Source of the DNA: an uncultured Naasia sp.
Lineage (GTDB): Bacteria > Actinomycetota > Actinomycetes > Actinomycetales > Microbacteriaceae
NCBI GenBank assembly: GCA_913778905.1
Contig: CAJYYA010000012.1
Coordinates: forward strand, 162,233 to 226,232
Direction of reading: 5' to 3'
DNA: 64,000 nt
The position numbers were made by a program, and so were the translations under genes. The notes under the pieces were generated by a model, which was not told the origin of the DNA, did not search any database, and was given only the letters and a program-made list of their open reading frames with translations. This document shows positions 18,166 through 27,349 of this stretch, piece after piece. The first letter of the stretch is position 1, and each line of letters begins with the position of its first letter.

Positions 18166-19469
18166 CCTCGATCTCCGACCTCGCGTCGATGGCCGACGGC
18201 GAGCCCGACGACTCCATCGACGAGAACACGCTCGGCGTGCAGGACCGACCGGCGACCGCCAAGAAGGGCCGCTTCCGGCGCCCCACCGTGCGCTCCAGCC
18301 GCTCGAAGCTCCTCGAGGAGCATGCCGGGAGCCTCGGTACGGGGCTCCTCGGCGTGGGCGCCATGTTCGTCTGCATCATGCTGTCGCTGCCGAGCCTCGG
18401 CCGGTTCGTGCAGCTGTGGCCCGCGTACCCGGTCCCCGCGGCAGCCGTGGCCGCCTGGATCCTGTTCGCGTTGCTCCTCGTCGGCGTCGGCCTGGTGATC
18501 CGTCACCACGACGACCGTCTACCGGACCGGATGTTCATCACCTATCTCGCCGGCCTCGCCGTCGTCATCGGTCTCGACCTGTGGGCCGTCTGGGGCCGCG
18601 GAATCGCCGAATCCGTGACAGCCGCGGTCGCTGCCGGAGTCGGACTCGTCGCCGTCGTCGCCGTGCGAAGCGCCCGGGAGATCTGGGCTGGCGCCGCCGT
18701 CGTGGGCGCTGTACTCCTCGCCGCCGATGTCGCGACCGGAATCGGCTCCCCCGACTCCCTCGTACCCACCGTCGCCACCCTGGCGATGGCCTGTGCGCCC
18801 GCGTTCCTGGCAGCCTTGGTCGTCCGCGCATTCCGCCGCATGGTGACCATGGAGCTCGACCGTGTGCTGGTGCAGTCCACCGTCTCGGCGCCGCGATACG
18901 CCGTCGGCATGCTGGCTTCCGAGGAGCTGGCACGTCTCGACCTCGCCGCCGAGCAGCTACTCGAGGGTGTCGCCAGCGGCGCCACCGCTCTCCCGCTGGA
19001 GCAGAAGTACGCTCAGCGAGCGGCCTCGCTCGCGACCGAACTCCGTCTGCACCTCATCGAGGGCCGTCGTGAGACATGGCTCCACCACGCCATCACCGAG
19101 TCGGAAGTCCTCGGTCGCCGCGTGACCCTCACGGATCCCGGCACTCTTGCGGGCCTCCTCGACCCCCGCCAGCGCGACGGTCTCTTCTCCGCCATCTGGA
19201 TGCTGGCCGGGGAGGCCGGCACGAAGGCCTCCGCGCAGAAACGCACCCTGCAGGTGACGCTCGGGCCCGTCGCGGTCGCCCAGAGCTCGGCGATCCTGCA
19301 CAAGATGCTCGTCCCCATCACGATCGAGACCACGGGCGTGGCGCGCGGACGCGTCGATCCCGCCACATGGGATGCTGTCCGCCGAGTCGGCAAGCACACC
19401 GATTCGATGCGCGACGGAAGCCTTCGCATCGACATCGAATGCGTCGCCGACAACCCGGCCGACTCTTGA
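18162..19469 (+). CDS. polytopic membrane protein with degenerate kinase-like cytoplasmic domain (no H, N or G boxes seen)
   Basis: The ATG overlaps the kinase stop (ATGA). Four to six hydrophobic helices are followed by ~200 soluble residues ending GSLRIDIECV, which mirrors the kinase C-terminus GTTVVLEVPR. GC-rich third positions. Confidence 0.65.
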   Translation: MTSISDLASMADGEPDDSIDENTLGVQDRPATAKKGRFRRPTVRSSRSKLLEEHAGSLGTGLLGVGAMFVCIMLSLPSLGRFVQLWPAYPVPAAAVAAWILFALLLVGVGLVIRHHDDRLPDRMFITYLAGLAVVIGLDLWAVWGRGIAESVTAAVAAGVGLVAVVAVRSAREIWAGAAVVGAVLLAADVATGIGSPDSLVPTVATLAMACAPAFLAALVVRAFRRMVTMELDRVLVQSTVSAPRYAVGMLASEELARLDLAAEQLLEGVASGATALPLEQKYAQRAASLATELRLHLIEGRRETWLHHAITESEVLGRRVTLTDPGTLAGLLDPRQRDGLFSAIWMLAGEAGTKASAQKRTLQVTLGPVAVAQSSAILHKMLVPITIETTGVARGRVDPATWDAVRRVGKHTDSMRDGSLRIDIECVADNPADS

Positions 19470-19509
19470 CTCTCTTCAATCCGGTCGACATACAACAAGG
19501 AGCACAGCA

Positions 19510-20166
19510 GTGACCGAATCCCAGAAGCGCATCCGTCTTGCGGTCGTCGACGACCACAAGATGCTGCTCGGCGCACTGACCGAATGGATCCGCAACGCTG
19601 CCGGAGACATCGACATGGTGGCTGCCGTGACCACCTGGCCCGAGCTGCTGACGCACCCGCAGTTCCCCGTCGACGTCGTCCTGCTCGACCTGGACCTCAA
19701 GGACAACATCCCGATCTCGCTCAAGCTGTCGACCCTGAAGACCACGGGCGTCAAGACGGTGCTCATGAGCACCTACTCGGAGCCGAACGTGGTTCGCGAG
19801 GCGCTCGCCTCTGGCGCTCTCGGCTACCTCGTCAAGAGCGAGGAAGCGTCCATGATCGTGCAGGCCATCCGCGCGGCGTCGCGCGGCGAGTCGTTCATCT
19901 CGGCCGAGCTCGACCTCGCGCTCAACGCGGGCGACATCGGCGGCTCGCCCAAGCTCAGCGCCCAGGAGCGCCGCGTCATGGCCCTCTACGGCGGCGGCGA
20001 GCCCGTCAAGACGGTCGCCTACGAGCTCGGCATCTCCGAGGAGACCGCCAAGTCCTACCTCAAGCGCATTCGCGAGAAGTACCGCGTCGCGGGCTTCGAC
20101 GTGGGAACGAAGGTGGCCCTTCGCAAGCGTGCCATCCAGGACGGCATCCTCCTGCAGACCGACTGA
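19510..20166 (+). CDS. NarL/LuxR-family response regulator (RR2), paralog of RR1
   Basis: The GTG at 19510 lies 7 nt after AAGGAG. LAVVDDH, VVLLDLDLKD and a LuxR HTH (ERRVMALYGGGEPVKTVAYELGISEETAKSYLKRI). Collinear by eye with 16154..16825. Confidence 0.85.
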   Translation: MTESQKRIRLAVVDDHKMLLGALTEWIRNAAGDIDMVAAVTTWPELLTHPQFPVDVVLLDLDLKDNIPISLKLSTLKTTGVKTVLMSTYSEPNVVREALASGALGYLVKSEEASMIVQAIRAASRGESFISAELDLALNAGDIGGSPKLSAQERRVMALYGGGEPVKTVAYELGISEETAKSYLKRIREKYRVAGFDVGTKVALRKRAIQDGILLQTD

Positions 20167-20177
20167 CCCCCGTCGTC

Positions 20178-20226
20178 ACGAACGCCCCGGAACCCGACCA
20201 TGCGGTCACGGTTCCGGGGCGTTCGT
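20178..20226. terminator. bidirectional stem-loop between convergent RR2 and MFS genes
   Basis: ACGAACGCCCCGGAAC-(17 nt)-GTTCCGGGGCGTTCGT gives a 16-bp perfect stem. Confidence 0.6.
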
Positions 20227-20301
20227 CGTTCCCCGCCTCGCCCCTCTGAGGGACCGTCGTGCAGACCCGGATGATGCGCCGGGCGACGATGAGGAGACGC
20301 G

Positions 20302-21615
20302 TCAGCCGCCGACGGGCGCCGGGTCGGGCTGAGCGTCGGTCGTGTCGCGGGTGAGGATGCCTCGGCGGCGGTTGGAGCGGATCTCGAGACCGAAGCTCAG
20401 CAGGGCGATCGCGACGCCCAGGACGGTGAGGACCAGGCCCACCACGATGGGCGACAGATAACCCAGACCGGCAGCGACGGCGAGACCCCCGAGGAACGCG
20501 CCGAGCGCGTTGCCGAGGTTGAGCGAGGCGTGGTTGACGGCCGCGCCCATGGTCTGGCTGTCCTCCGCCATCTCCATGAGCCGCACCTGGATGGCCGGCG
20601 ACAGAGCGGACGACGCGATGCCGATGAACAGCACGAAGACGAACAGCATGACCGGCATGGTGGCCGTGAGTAGGAGTCCGAGCAGCGCCACGAAGACCGC
20701 GGCGAACGACGTCAGCACCGCCCGCCGGATCCCCCGGTCGGCGAAGGCACCGCCCGCGAAGTTACCGATCGTCATGCCGATGCCGAAGACGACCAGGACG
20801 AACGGGATCGCATCCACCGGGAGGCCGGTGACCTCGGTCGCCAGGGGCGAGATGTAGGTGTACGCGGCGAAGAAGCCGCCGAATCCGATGGCGCCGATGG
20901 CCAGGGCGAACCAGACCTGCAGCCGTGTGAAGGCCTTGAGCTCGCCGCGGATGGACGCGGCCGGGTCCGGAGCCGTCCGCGGGACGGCGAACGCGACTGC
21001 CACAGCGGTCAGGGCGAAGATGACGGCGACCGCGAAGTACGCCACTCGCCAGCTCGTCTGCTGACCGAGTGCGGTGATCGCGGGGACGCCGACGATGTTG
21101 GCGATCGTCAGGCCGCCGAGCACGAACGCAGCGCCCTTGCCGCGGTTGCCGGGACCGAGCATCCGGGCGGCGACGAGCGAGGCGACGCCGAAGAAGGCGC
21201 CGTGCGGCAGTCCGGCGACGAAGCGAGCGGCGAGCACGAGTCCGAACGACGGCAGCAGAGCCGAAGCGACCGTGGCGAGGGTGAACCAGACCGCGAACAC
21301 GACGAGCATCTTCTTCCGCGAGAAGCGCGACGTGAAGGCCGCGATCGTGGGGGCCCCGACGACGACGCCGAGCGCATAGGCCGAGATGAGGATGCCGCCC
21401 TGCGCGGTCGCGGCCTCGGGATCCGCCACGTAGAGCTCGGGGAGCAGGTCTCGCGAGAGCTCGGGCAGCAGCCCCATGGCCACGAACTCGGTGCACCCGA
21501 TCCCGAAGCCGCCGAGGGCGAGCGCGAGGAGAGCGAGGCGGATGTGGCCCGGTGAGAGGGTGCGGATCGACCCGGTGACGGTCGGGAATGAGGCGGTGTG
21601 CAGCGGCTTGATCAA
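20302..21615 (-). CDS. MFS transporter (12-TMS, DHA1/AraJ-like)
   Basis: Hydrophobic throughout, with an MFS motif-A-like loop. TTG start at 21615 proposed (GGAG 7 nt upstream) because there is no ATG before the first TM helix. The upstream part of ORF 20302..21843 is Arg/Pro-rich junk. Confidence 0.75.
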   Translation of the reverse strand: MIKPLHTASFPTVTGSIRTLSPGHIRLALLALALGGFGIGCTEFVAMGLLPELSRDLLPELYVADPEAATAQGGILISAYALGVVVGAPTIAAFTSRFSRKKMLVVFAVWFTLATVASALLPSFGLVLAARFVAGLPHGAFFGVASLVAARMLGPGNRGKGAAFVLGGLTIANIVGVPAITALGQQTSWRVAYFAVAVIFALTAVAVAFAVPRTAPDPAASIRGELKAFTRLQVWFALAIGAIGFGGFFAAYTYISPLATEVTGLPVDAIPFVLVVFGIGMTIGNFAGGAFADRGIRRAVLTSFAAVFVALLGLLLTATMPVMLFVFVLFIGIASSALSPAIQVRLMEMAEDSQTMGAAVNHASLNLGNALGAFLGGLAVAAGLGYLSPIVVGLVLTVLGVAIALLSFGLEIRSNRRRGILTRDTTDAQPDPAPVGG

Positions 21616-21677
21616 GGGTGCTCCGGGAGTCGAGGACGTCGGCTCCTGTGCCGCTGGCGAAGGGTCAAGCCTACCCG

Positions 21678-21989
21678 TCAGGCGTCGCCGTCGGCCAGGG
21701 CCTGCTCCAGCCGGTCGAGCTTCCCGCTCATCTCTCCCGTGTACCCGGGGCGGATGTCGGCCTTCAGGACGAGCGAGACACGCGACCCGAATGCGCCGAC
21801 CGCCTCGGTGGCCCGCTTGACGACGTCGAAGACCTCGTCCCACTCCCCCTCGATGGTGGTGAACATCGAGTCGGTGCGGTTGGGCAGGCCGGACTCGCGC
21901 ACGATGCGGACAGCGGCCGCGACCGCGTCGTGGACCGACGCATCGGGGGCGGATCCGCCGCTAGGGGCGACCGAGAAGGCGACGAGCAT
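21678..21989 (-). CDS. MTH1187/YkoF-like thiamine-binding family protein (DUF77)
   Basis: 103 aa. MLVAFSVAPSG...MFTTIEGEWDEV core is typical of the family. The start overlaps the upstream stop (TGATG). Confidence 0.75.
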   Translation of the reverse strand: MLVAFSVAPSGGSAPDASVHDAVAAAVRIVRESGLPNRTDSMFTTIEGEWDEVFDVVKRATEAVGAFGSRVSLVLKADIRPGYTGEMSGKLDRLEQALADGDA

Positions 21990-23251
21990 CAGGACTCCTT
22001 CGAAAGAGCGGGGGCGGATCCGCGTGCGGTGACCACCCTGGCGATGGCGACTGCGAGCAGGCTGAGCAGAGCCAGGTGACGGAGCCCCAGGAGCGCGACG
22101 GCCCAGGGCTGTGCGCTCGTGAACGCGCCGTACTCCCACGGGTAGATGATCTGCGTGATCACCGCGGCCACCAGGACGATGCCCGCCACGACCCACTCGC
22201 GGCGACCCCGAAGCAGAAGGAGCAGGAGGACCGGCGCCGCGAGCCAGCCCATGAACTGAGGCGAACCGACCTTGTTGACGACGATGAACGCGAGCACCAG
22301 GGCGAGCGAGAGATCCGCGAAGAGGGACAACCGATCGGCTCCGCGTCGCAGCGCGACGAGGCCGGCCGCGACGATGCCGAGGACCACGATGAGCAGGAGC
22401 GGCGTCATCAGGTCGGCGACCAGCTGGGTGCCGGGTCCACGCACCTGCCACGTGAGGATCTCGGTGTCGTAGTAGGCGCGGGCCCCCGAGCGCAGGGCCG
22501 CCGAGGCCATCCACCACAGACTCACGGGCGCTTCGATCTGGAGTCCGCGGCCCGTCTGCTGCGTGATGAAGCTGAAGAGCCCGCCGATCCCGCCCAGCGC
22601 CAGAGCGGCAAGGGCGACGACGAGCGTGGTGGCGGCCGCGCCGATGACGACCCGCACCCGCGAGCGGAGGGCGATGACCGCGGCGGCCACCAGCGCCGCC
22701 GGCCACACCTTGATCCATGCGGCGGCCGTGAGCAGCGCACCCGCGACGACGGGATGCCTGGCGATGAGGAGTACGGCGAGAACCGCGAGCGGCGCGGATA
22801 CCGCGTCGATGCGGGCGACGGCGACGGGTCCGAGGCAGACCAGGAAGGCCAGCCACCACCAAGCGAGGCCGAGCCGGCGACGCGCGAGTGCGACGAGCGC
22901 CACGGCGTTCAGCGCCGCGATCATCACGAGCCAGGCGACCCCGTACAGCGCCGACCCGAACAGGTACGGGAGCGCCATCGGCACCAGAGCGCCGAGCGGG
23001 TACACCCACGTCGTGTCGAGACCGACCACGACGCCGGTCGTCCGGGCGTAGTCCATCCAGAACAGGTAGACGCCCACCACATCGCCGAACGGGTAGTGGA
23101 CCCGGTCGTAGAGGTTGATCAGGGACAGCGCGACGTGCACGGCGAGGAACCCGGCAGCGAGGAGCGCCCAATCCCGTGTGCTCGGAGAAGCCGGGCGGGG
23201 ATCCTGGGTCCGCGGCTCCTGCACAGCGGTAGCGGAGGCGTCGGAGGGCAC
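21989..23251 (-). CDS. polytopic membrane glycosyltransferase-like protein (GT87/DUF2029-like)
   Basis: About 10 hydrophobic helices, with an N-terminal loop DRVHYPFGDVVGVYLFW resembling polyprenol-P-dependent mannosyltransferases. The start is uncertain (GTG 23251 or 23224). Confidence 0.55.
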   Translation of the reverse strand: MPSDASATAVQEPRTQDPRPASPSTRDWALLAAGFLAVHVALSLINLYDRVHYPFGDVVGVYLFWMDYARTTGVVVGLDTTWVYPLGALVPMALPYLFGSALYGVAWLVMIAALNAVALVALARRRLGLAWWWLAFLVCLGPVAVARIDAVSAPLAVLAVLLIARHPVVAGALLTAAAWIKVWPAALVAAAVIALRSRVRVVIGAAATTLVVALAALALGGIGGLFSFITQQTGRGLQIEAPVSLWWMASAALRSGARAYYDTEILTWQVRGPGTQLVADLMTPLLLIVVLGIVAAGLVALRRGADRLSLFADLSLALVLAFIVVNKVGSPQFMGWLAAPVLLLLLLRGRREWVVAGIVLVAAVITQIIYPWEYGAFTSAQPWAVALLGLRHLALLSLLAVAIARVVTARGSAPALSKES

Positions 23252-23328
23252 GGAGTAGGAGGCTACCCGAGTGGTCCTCGAAGGAGGTGCCGACACCGCC
23301 CGATCGGGCGGAGTCGGACGGAACGGGC

Positions 23329-24834
23329 TCAGTATCCGGCGAAGAGGTCGGTCTTGATGGATCTCACACCCGCCCGCCGCAGAGCCGATCGGGCGCGCTT
23401 GACGAAGGAGGCGGTCCCGGACACGAAGGACTCGCGTGCGCCAGCCCCCTCGAGGGAGAGAAGCGCGGCCTCGAGGTCCGCCTCCCACCGCCACCCGGCC
23501 GCCAGCCGCGACGGGCGCTCGGGTGTGACGACGACGACCTGCACGCCCGACGCCTCGAGCTCGTCGCGATAGAGCAGGTCGGCCTCGGACGCGACGCGGT
23601 AGACGAGCACCGCCTCCCGCGCTCCGTCGGCCAGGTCGCCGATGAACGGCGTGATCCCGATCCCCCCGGCGACGAGGAGGACGGGCGTGTTCCGATCGCG
23701 GGGAAGGATGAAGTCGCCACCCACCCAGGTCGTCCGTGCGACCGCTCCCGGCTGGAGCTCGGTCAGGGCCCGCTTGAAGCTGCTGCTCCGTTCGCGGGGA
23801 TGACGGACCGCGAAGGCGATCTCATCCGATCCGGCGGATGAGACCACCGAGAGGTGACGACGAGGCCCCCGACGGTCGGTGCGCGAATGGGCGAGGTGCA
23901 GCTCCGCGTATTGCCCCGGGCGGTGCGAGCGCAGCGGCCTGGTCGGAGCGAACCGGTACTCGACGGCGTCGGGCCCGATCGGTCGGCTGCCGACGAATCG
24001 CAGGCGCGCCGCGATCGGGAATGCGAGCGCAACCCCCACGAGGTTGCCGACGAGGATCGCGAATTCCTGGCTGAGGTAGAAGGTGCCGAACGAGACGGAC
24101 ACGAAGAGCGGGAGGGCGAACACGACTGCGATGACCGTCGCGACCACCACCTGCTGACGCCGGCGAGGAGGCAGGGTCAGGGGCTCCGTGAGCATGAAGG
24201 TCGCGAGGAAGAGGATCGGGTAGGACGCCAGGGCGGTGCCGAGAGCGGTGAGCGGATCGGACCCGCCCACGACCAGACCGACGGTCACGAGAGCCGTGGT
24301 CAGCACGACGAACGTCAGGCCGACGAGATGGGTACGGGTTCGCCAGAGGATCAGCACGGCGGACACCAGGACGACCGGCAGCAGGCCCGCGGTCGCGACC
24401 CACCAGCCGGCGGCACCGAGACCGGTGAGCGCGACGGCGAATGCTCCGAAGGCGGCCGGATTGACGAGGTGGCGGCCGCGCCAGGCGAGCAGGAACTTCG
24501 ACGCCCCGGCGAGCGCGCCGACGAGTGCGGTCGCGAGCAGCAGTTGCGGGTCCGCGGTGGGGATCATCAGGAACGTCACGATGAGTCCGGTGATGACCGA
24601 CGACTCGAGATGCACGGGAACTCGGAAGACGAGCCCGAGGAGGGACGACACCACCGCGGTCGAGGCGATGGCGACCAGCGCCGAGACGAGCAGCTGCACG
24701 GGCGTGTAGAACAGCGCACCCGTGAGCGACAGGACGATCGCCGCCGCGAGGAGGACGCCGAGGCACAGGCTGACGAGCCGATACATCGGAAGCCGCCCGG
24801 TCAGGCGATCGAGGGCGTCTCCTACTGCGTTCAT
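23329..24834 (-). CDS. fusion protein: RnfD/NqrB-like membrane domain plus FNR-type FAD/NAD(P)-binding reductase domain
   Basis: The N-terminal ~240 aa are polytopic and carry HLVNPAAFG (the FNPA-like motif of RnfD/NqrB). The C-terminal part has RPGQYAELHL, RHLSVVS (RxYS-like) and LLVAGGIGITPF (NAD-binding). The ATG overlaps the ApbE stop (ATGA). Confidence 0.75.
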   Translation of the reverse strand: MNAVGDALDRLTGRLPMYRLVSLCLGVLLAAAIVLSLTGALFYTPVQLLVSALVAIASTAVVSSLLGLVFRVPVHLESSVITGLIVTFLMIPTADPQLLLATALVGALAGASKFLLAWRGRHLVNPAAFGAFAVALTGLGAAGWWVATAGLLPVVLVSAVLILWRTRTHLVGLTFVVLTTALVTVGLVVGGSDPLTALGTALASYPILFLATFMLTEPLTLPPRRRQQVVVATVIAVVFALPLFVSVSFGTFYLSQEFAILVGNLVGVALAFPIAARLRFVGSRPIGPDAVEYRFAPTRPLRSHRPGQYAELHLAHSRTDRRGPRRHLSVVSSAGSDEIAFAVRHPRERSSSFKRALTELQPGAVARTTWVGGDFILPRDRNTPVLLVAGGIGITPFIGDLADGAREAVLVYRVASEADLLYRDELEASGVQVVVVTPERPSRLAAGWRWEADLEAALLSLEGAGARESFVSGTASFVKRARSALRRAGVRSIKTDLFAGY

Positions 24835-25724
24835 CTCGTGAACACCTCTCCCGGGAGGTCGGAAGTGACCTCCACGCGTCCGTTCGTCATCATCCGCACG
24901 GCCTCGAAGTTCCAGCCGGTGCGGTCGTGCAATGTCGCCGCGTCCTCGAAGAAGAGGGCCGTGGCGAGGGCGTCGGCGTGCAAGGCGTCGGCTGCGACCG
25001 CCCAGGTGGCCGCCACCTCCTCGACCGGCAGGCCGGTGAGTCCGTCCAGCACATGGTGCAGGCCGGCGCCCCAGGTGCGCCGGTTGCTCGCCGATCCGCA
25101 GAGCGCGCCCTCGGCGAGTTCCACGACGCCGATCGCGAGCTCGGGGTTGTAGGGGTGCTCGAGGGCGATCCGCAGCACTCCCCCCGACCGATTGAGCAGA
25201 TCCCCGCTCGCGTCGACCGTGATACCCGTGGCACCCAGCTCGGCGAGGACCTCGGCGACGAGATCGACGAGGTAGCCTTTACCCGCGGCTCCGAAATCGA
25301 GGAGCGCCGGCCTCGGTGCGGTCACCGACGTCCCCGACACCTCGATCGATGAAGCCCAGTCCGGGCTCCCGATCGCCGGGCCGGAGGGCATGAGCGTGTA
25401 GTCGGAACCGTAGCCCAGGCGCTCGAGCGAGGACCCGACCAACGGCGTCATCACACCGCCGGTCGCCGCGAACAGGGTCTCGTAGACCTCGATGAGAGCG
25501 GGCAGATCGTCGGGGAAGGCCACGGTTCCGCCATCCTCCGCCAGCCGGGTGACGAGGGAGTCCGAGCGGAAGCGCGAGTAGGCGCGGTCGAAACGCTCGA
25601 CCCGCTCGTGCAGCGCCCGCGTCTGTGTCGGCGTCATCAACTCGTGGGTGTCGACCTCCCAGCTCGTGCCGATCGCGTCGAATCGCAGGGTGTGGAACGC
25701 CCCGCCCTCCCCCTCGTCGGACAT
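24831..25724 (-). CDS. apbE: FAD:protein FMN transferase (ApbE family)
   Basis: 297 aa. LDFGAAGKGYLVD motif and overall ApbE-like layout. Sits between an FMN-binding lipoprotein gene and the RnfD-like gene. Confidence 0.85.
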   Translation of the reverse strand: MSDEGEGGAFHTLRFDAIGTSWEVDTHELMTPTQTRALHERVERFDRAYSRFRSDSLVTRLAEDGGTVAFPDDLPALIEVYETLFAATGGVMTPLVGSSLERLGYGSDYTLMPSGPAIGSPDWASSIEVSGTSVTAPRPALLDFGAAGKGYLVDLVAEVLAELGATGITVDASGDLLNRSGGVLRIALEHPYNPELAIGVVELAEGALCGSASNRRTWGAGLHHVLDGLTGLPVEEVAATWAVAADALHADALATALFFEDAATLHDRTGWNFEAVRMMTNGRVEVTSDLPGEVFTR

Positions 25725-25758
25725 CAGCTCGTCAACGCGACCCGCTCGACGGGGAGCA

Positions 25759-26280
25759 TCAGGCCTTCGCCTCGCCCTTGATCGTCTCGAGGGCCTGGTT
25801 GAACCCGCCCGAGGTGAGCGACGATCCCGAGACCTTGCTGACCTTCAGGTCGTCGATCTTCTTGCCGACCACCTCGCCCGAGATACCGCTCGCGAAGGCT
25901 GTCTGATACTGCTTGGAGTTGCCGCTCTTGGCTTCGGGGGTGACCGTCACGGCGGTGACGACGTCGCCTTGAAGGGTGATGGAGACGCCCACGGACTCGG
26001 CTCCGCCGGGCGACTGGTAGGAGCCCTCGGCCTTATAGGTGCCATCCTTGTAGCCACCCGAGGACGAGCTGCCGGATCCGTTCGCCGCGCTGCTGCTGGG
26101 CGCAGCGGACGACGTGCCGGTCGACGCCTCGGTGGTGCCGGATCCGGTCTGCGCGGCGGGAGTTGTGGAGCAGCCGGCGAGCGCCGTAATGATGCCGGCG
26201 CCGGCGAAGACGGCGAGCGCGGCACGTGCGGCGGGGCGGGTCGCGCGGTCGGTGGTGGTGAGGATGCGGGTGGTGTCCAT
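25759..26280 (-). CDS. secreted FMN-binding domain lipoprotein
   Basis: ATG at 26280. Signal with lipobox LAGC. C-terminal FMN_bind domain with a flavinylation-type motif VSGSSLTS. Confidence 0.8.
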   Translation of the reverse strand: MDTTRILTTTDRATRPAARAALAVFAGAGIITALAGCSTTPAAQTGSGTTEASTGTSSAAPSSSAANGSGSSSSGGYKDGTYKAEGSYQSPGGAESVGVSITLQGDVVTAVTVTPEAKSGNSKQYQTAFASGISGEVVGKKIDDLKVSKVSGSSLTSGGFNQALETIKGEAKA

Positions 26281-26401
26281 GACGGGCTCTTCTCGTATCG
26301 GAACACGGTTTGGTTGTCGTGTCACCTGAAACGCTAGAGGCGCTCGGCCAGCGCGGCATGAGCGAAACCTCAGGAAATTCTATGAGCGGACTCAGTCGGT
26401 C

Positions 26402-27241
26402 CTATCGGCCGAACGCGGCGCGGAAGGCCATGGGCACGGCTTCGGCGATGTCGAGAGCGACGAGCGGAGCGCCGTCCGCCGCGAGGTCCCCGGCAAGGCC
26501 GTGAAGACGTGCCCCCGCTGCGGCGACGGCCGTGAGCAGGGAGCGGTCGGTGCTGATCGCGTCGGAGTGCGCAGCGAGGAGAGCCCCCAGGATTCCGCCG
26601 AGGACATCACCGGACCCCGCGGTCGCGAGCCAGGGCGAGCCGGCCCGGACACGCACGCCCTCTCCGCCGGGAGCCACGACATGGGTGACCGCCCCCTTGA
26701 GCAGCACGGTCGCACCGGTCTCGTCCGCGACCTGCCGCGACCAGCGTTCCGGCTCCGTCTCGACCGCGTCACGGGTCGTCGATGTTCCGAGACCGGCCAG
26801 CACACGCACGAGCTCCCCCGCGTGCGGGGTGAGCAGAGTCGGGCCCTCCGCGTCCCGGGCCAGATCGAGCGCGCCCGCGTCGAGGACGGTGGGCAGATGC
26901 TGGCCGAGCGCGTCGCGCATCGCCTCGGCCAGACCGGCGGAGCGCTCGCCCGCGTCCATGCCCGAGCCGAGGAGCCACGCCTGCACGCGGCCGTTCGCTG
27001 TGACGACCTCGGGGCGGCGCTGCAGGATGAGGCCCGCCGGGCGCTCGTCCCCGACGTAGCGGATCATGCCGGCGCCGGTGCGGGCTGCCGCCTCGACGCC
27101 GAGCACCGCAGCTCCCGGATACCGATCGGATCCGGTCAACACCCCGAGGACACCGCGCGAATACTTGTCGTCACCCTCGACGGGGATGCGCAGCCAGTCG
27201 CGCAGCTCGTCGTCCCGCCAGTCACGCCATCCGGTCGCCAT
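26402..27241 (-). CDS. nnrD: ADP-dependent NAD(P)H-hydrate dehydratase
   Basis: YjeF C-terminal family: DKYSRG, LTPHAGE, GSGDVLGGILGALLA. Confidence 0.8.
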   Translation of the reverse strand: MATGWRDWRDDELRDWLRIPVEGDDKYSRGVLGVLTGSDRYPGAAVLGVEAAARTGAGMIRYVGDERPAGLILQRRPEVVTANGRVQAWLLGSGMDAGERSAGLAEAMRDALGQHLPTVLDAGALDLARDAEGPTLLTPHAGELVRVLAGLGTSTTRDAVETEPERWSRQVADETGATVLLKGAVTHVVAPGGEGVRVRAGSPWLATAGSGDVLGGILGALLAAHSDAISTDRSLLTAVAAAGARLHGLAGDLAADGAPLVALDIAEAVPMAFRAAFGR

Positions 27242-27349
27242 GGTGCCCGACCCTAATCCGCGAGGCTCCCGGCCCGCTTCACGTCGGGCGCGATCCAGTC
27301 GCGGAAGGGCTCCGGAATATCCGACGGACCGGAGCGCTTAGAGTTCCCG

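Noticed and set aside
21616-23171. ORF 21678..23171 (497 aa) and the upstream extension of the MFS ORF to 21843
   Set aside because: Both are Arg/Pro/Gly-rich out-of-frame reads. Only the last 103 codons (YkoF/MTH1187-like) and the hydrophobic part from the proposed TTG at 21615 (MFS) resemble real proteins.
27312-27349. GGAAT...GTT upstream of the Old Yellow Enzyme gene as a SigH promoter
   Set aside because: The spacer between GGAAT and GTT is 24 nt, not the required 18-19 nt.
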